A DNA stretch of 64,000 nt, taken from an uncultured Eubacteriales bacterium (lineage in GTDB: Bacteria > Bacillota > Clostridia > Oscillospirales > CAG-382). Below the pieces are notes generated by a model. It ran no database searches, was not told the DNA's origin, and saw nothing but the letters and a program-made list of their open reading frames with translations. Location of the stretch: NCBI GenBank assembly GCA_900548115.1, contig URJL01000005.1, positions 2,434 to 66,433 on the forward strand, in the 5' to 3' direction. Below are positions 61,048-64,000 of the stretch, in pieces (positions within the stretch are counted from its first letter, which is position 1; every line of letters begins with the position of its first letter). The translations under genes and the position numbers were made by a program.

Positions 61048-64000
61048 TTACTTGAGGTCAGATGCGATAGGATCAAGCGCGATGATGGTCTTAACCTTAA
61101 CGATATCCGTGTTGTCCTTGTCGTCGCCGTCAACAGCTACTACGTAGACTCTGAAGGACTTGCCTTCCTCAAGATCCATGACGGAGTTGTCGGAACCGGT
61201 AGCGAGGATATCGGTATCGGTCATTTCATACTCACTGGTCTTGGTGTAGTAGAGGATCGTGGTCGTATCGTCTACGATGTAGGTGTGGCTGTCCTTGTCG
61301 AGAGTCATGAACTTGTTGTCCGCATCGTAGTCAGCGAAAGTAGCGGAGAAGATCTTTCCGTCTGCGTAAGAATCGCCAACGGTAACCTTCTTAACCTTGC
61401 CGTCTTCCTGCATTTCAACGAGCTTACCTGCAACTGCGGTGAAGCCGGAAACAGGCTCTGCAGAAGTGGTGGTGCCGGTCTTGGGATCAAGAACGGTAGC
61501 CTTCTGAGTTTCCTTGTTATTGGAGTTCAGAACAGTTTCAACTGCGGTTACGATTCTGTAATCCTTGGAGCCCGAAGAACCGAACTCATCGATTTCCGCA
61601 TAGAGGATACCAAGGTTTTCAATGTTGGAGGACTTGTTGTTAACAAAGATAGCCTTAACATTGTTGAACTGAGTGGTATCGAACTTAGGAAGGGTCGAAG
61701 CGGTGTACTCGGTGTAAACATCTTCGTTGTCATCGTCAACGGTCTTGATGATGATCTTGGTGTAATCCTTGACGTTGAATCTGGACATGCCGCCGATCTT
61801 TTCGGAGGTGATGCTGTAGATAGCGCCGGTGTAGTGCTTCATGGAGACCTTGTCACCGTAGTAAACGATGGAATCTTCGTTGTCCTTGTCAGCGAAGATT
61901 TTAGCGTAGTTTGCAGCGTTGTCTTCGATGTCAAGAGCGGTGAAGGTGTAAGCGGAATCGCCGTCTACCGTGTAGGTAGCGAACTTGCCGAGGAAGTCTT
62001 CGAAAAGAACGGTTTCGGCAACGGTCTTGTCGGTGATCTTGAGGGAATCAACGTCCGAAGTCTTGGTGTAGGTCTTCGTGGTATCGTTGTAATCGATGTG
62101 CGTGTAAGCGTAGTCAGCAAGCTTAACCGCCTTAACAGCGCCGCCCATTACTGCGTTTACATAGAGGTAGGTCTTGAATTCGCCGTTCGAAACGCCGGTA
62201 GCATCGTATACAACACGAGGAGTCGAGCTGTAGGTTTCCTTGTTGTCAAGGCGATACTTGGTAGCGTTCGCATCATCATACTTGATAATGATAGCGTAGT
62301 TTGCAGCAGCATCAAATCCGTCGGAAGAGATGTTGTCGGAGTACAGGAGAACGCCGTCCTTGATGTACATCTTGTAGGACTTACCTGCGCCGATGCCTGC
62401 GATGGTGTAGTTGTTGTAGTTGATGAGCTTCTTAGCAGCATCTTCAAATTCAACAACTTCGCCGGACTTAAGGGTGATGGTCTTGGAGTCGTCGCTGTTC
62501 TTCTTGGATACAACCATCGATTCAACAGGCTTAACAACTTCCTTGATTTCTACGTAAGGAATGGATGCGCCGGGCATGTATGCGAGGACATAGTCCTTAT
62601 CGGCATAGGTGCCTTCGATTACAGCGCTTTCGGTGTTAAAGGTCTTCGGGAAGGAAGAACCGGTAAGACCCTTGTAATCCTTATTCTTCTTAACTTCTAC
62701 CTTAGCGAAGGTGTAGGGCTTTTCCATTACGTACTCAGCGTAGCCGTCGCCGTCGATATCGTAAACATCGAGCTCATAGAGACCCTTGTTGTAGATACGC
62801 GGGAATTTGGCTTCGAACTGCTTGGTGAGGTAGTCGTGGCTGCCGTTGGTACCGTTGGTGGTATCATCGTAGTCACCGTCGAAGTCAACGTCACGAACAG
62901 CGCCGTATACGAACGAAGAGTTGCCGTCCTTTTCATAAGAGCCGGAGGTCATTTCGATGAACTTAACAGCGTCCTTCTTGTCTACATCGGTGTAGGAGTA
63001 AGGAGCGTTTTCCTTGTCGAGGTAAGCCTTGGTGCCTGCGAAGGTAGCGTAACCGGTCATAACCTTGTCTGCGCTCTTATCCTTAACGCCGCCGACATAG
63101 TATTCCTTGTCGGTCTTGGTCGAGGTTTCAAGAACAACGTCTGCTGCGGTTGCGGTCTTCTTGATCAGGTTGGACTTAGCTGCGAGGAACTTATCCTTCG
63201 TAAAGTCGGAAGAATCCTTCTTAACGAAAAGGGTGAGCTCTGCAAGGAAGTAATCATCGGAAGATCCGGAAAGTCCGAGGTCGTCCATTTCGATGGTTAC
63301 GAGTCTGCCGTTGTTGATAGTGTCGCCGTTTTCGTCGTAACGAATACCGGTGATGCGGTCAACGTCGTTCTTGTCGTTGTAGAGAGCCTCGGTACCGAAA
63401 CCATAGTGCGTGGTTGCGTATACGTTAAAGGTTTCTTCAACAACGCCGAAGATCTTGTGAGCAACGGTCTCGGTAACTTCGGTAGGCATGTAAGCCCAAG
63501 TGGACTTTTCAACGTCGCCCTCGGTGTACTTCTTTTCGATCCACTCGTTCTTCGTGGTGGTCTCGTTCATGTCAGCGTAGAACGCGTTGGCAAGAATGAT
63601 AGCGACGTTGCCACGGGTAAGAGTGTCGGTGTACTGAAGGGTGGAAGGAAGATTCTCATCCAAACCGATATCCTCAGCTACATCGATGAAGCCGATCGGG
63701 TAAGGAAGGGTGGATTCCTTTTCATAACCGAGAGCACGAACGAGCATTACGTATGCATCCTGAAGCGTGATACCGCCCTTAGGATTGAAGGTCGTAGCGG
63801 AAGTGCCCTTGATAATGTTGTTTTCGCTTGCCCACGATACCATGTAGTAGAACGTAGCATCGTCAAGGTCGGTAAACTTGGTGGCGTTGGTGCCGCCGGT
63901 AACCTGCTTACCTGCCTTCATGAGTCTGTAAACGAAAGCAGCCATCTGCTGACGGGTTACATTCTCATTGGGAGCAAACGTCGTGTCGGTCGTACCGTAA
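61048..64000 (-). CDS. second large SLH-domain S-layer-type protein; N-terminus (signal peptide and first SLH) outside window
   Basis: The frame stays open to the window edge (..YGTTDTTFAPNENVTRQQMAAFVYRLMKAGK). The SLH region is collinear with the 57531 paralog (FTDLDDATFYYMVSWASENNIIKG, YPIGFIDVAEDIGLDENL). The remaining ~800 aa are divergent. Confidence 0.85.
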   Translation of the reverse strand, partial: YGTTDTTFAPNENVTRQQMAAFVYRLMKAGKQVTGGTNATKFTDLDDATFYYMVSWASENNIIKGTSATTFNPKGGITLQDAYVMLVRALGYEKESTLPYPIGFIDVAEDIGLDENLPSTLQYTDTLTRGNVAIILANAFYADMNETTTKNEWIEKKYTEGDVEKSTWAYMPTEVTETVAHKIFGVVEETFNVYATTHYGFGTEALYNDKNDVDRITGIRYDENGDTINNGRLVTIEMDDLGLSGSSDDYFLAELTLFVKKDSSDFTKDKFLAAKSNLIKKTATAADVVLETSTKTDKEYYVGGVKDKSADKVMTGYATFAGTKAYLDKENAPYSYTDVDKKDAVKFIEMTSGSYEKDGNSSFVYGAVRDVDFDGDYDDTTNGTNGSHDYLTKQFEAKFPRIYNKGLYELDVYDIDGDGYAEYVMEKPYTFAKVEVKKNKDYKGLTGSSFPKTFNTESAVIEGTYADKDYVLAYMPGASIPYVEIKEVVKPVESMVVSKKNSDDSKTITLKSGEVVEFEDAAKKLINYNNYTIAGIGAGKSYKMYIKDGVLLYSDNISSDGFDAAANYAIIIKYDDANATKYRLDNKETYSSTPRVVYDATGVSNGEFKTYLYVNAVMGGAVKAVKLADYAYTHIDYNDTTKTYTKTSDVDSLKITDKTVAETVLFEDFLGKFATYTVDGDSAYTFTALDIEDNAANYAKIFADKDNEDSIVYYGDKVSMKHYTGAIYSITSEKIGGMSRFNVKDYTKIIIKTVDDDNEDVYTEYTASTLPKFDTTQFNNVKAIFVNNKSSNIENLGILYAEIDEFGSSGSKDYRIVTAVETVLNSNNKETQKATVLDPKTGTTTSAEPVSGFTAVAGKLVEMQEDGKVKKVTVGDSYADGKIFSATFADYDADNKFMTLDKDSHTYIVDDTTTILYYTKTSEYEMTDTDILATGSDNSVMDLEEGKSFRVYVVAVDGDDKDNTDIVKVKTIIALDPIASDLK

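Noticed and set aside
1-64000. Search of the whole window for defence islands, toxin-antitoxin pairs, mobile elements, CRISPR-Cas, retrons or reverse transcriptases.
   Set aside because: No candidate proteins (nucleases, ATPase/helicase pairs, RTs, transposases, recombinases) were found among the ORFs. Every sizeable ORF is either assigned to a housekeeping or metabolic family or is a shadow ORF.

Overview
GC-rich, core-genome-like chromosomal segment. Gene content (spoIIE, spoVAC, rnfCDGEAB, nfnAB, SLH proteins) suggests a spore-forming, S-layer-bearing Clostridia-type Firmicute, possibly Oscillospiraceae-like; this taxonomy is inference only. I call about 55 protein genes, 2 tRNAs (Met-CAU, Glu-UUC), one THF riboswitch, and several sigma-A-type promoters and intrinsic terminators. 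Gene order by strand: (+) deoR (partial), yerC-like, methyltransferase, hslO, miaB, ylbF-like, mutS, mutL, tgt. (-) a membrane protein and rnfCDGEAB. (+) mecA-like, family-4 UDG, GNAT, AraC, DUF896, PfkB kinase, SGNH hydrolase. (-) three tandem paralogous beta-helix proteins; folT-folC behind a THF riboswitch; a ~700-bp hairpin-packed non-coding island; an operon of GGDEF membrane protein, LytTR response regulator and L-serine dehydratase; AraC. (+) a divergent five-gene oxidoreductase cassette. (-) a PepSY/SLH wall protein and rlmA. (+) spoVAC. (-) maf, DUF4321, GH78-like hydrolase, rbgA, an unknown gene, lepB, rplS. (+) the two tRNAs. (-) spoIIE. (+) a possibly frameshifted Ig-like-domain gene. 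(-) nfnAB and two large tandem SLH (S-layer-type) paralogs, the last running off the window. I saw no transposase, integrase, phage, CRISPR-Cas, toxin-antitoxin or recognisable defence genes. All functional calls rest on motif and family recognition by eye from the supplied translations and the DNA; no database search was possible. Most worth follow-up: (1) the gene-free hairpin island at 29235-29932 and a related small patch at 51067-51270; (2) the triplicated signal-peptide-less beta-helix genes; (3) the AraC-linked five-gene redox cassette; (4) the GGDEF/LytTR/serine-dehydratase operon. None of these is demonstrably a new system from sequence alone.
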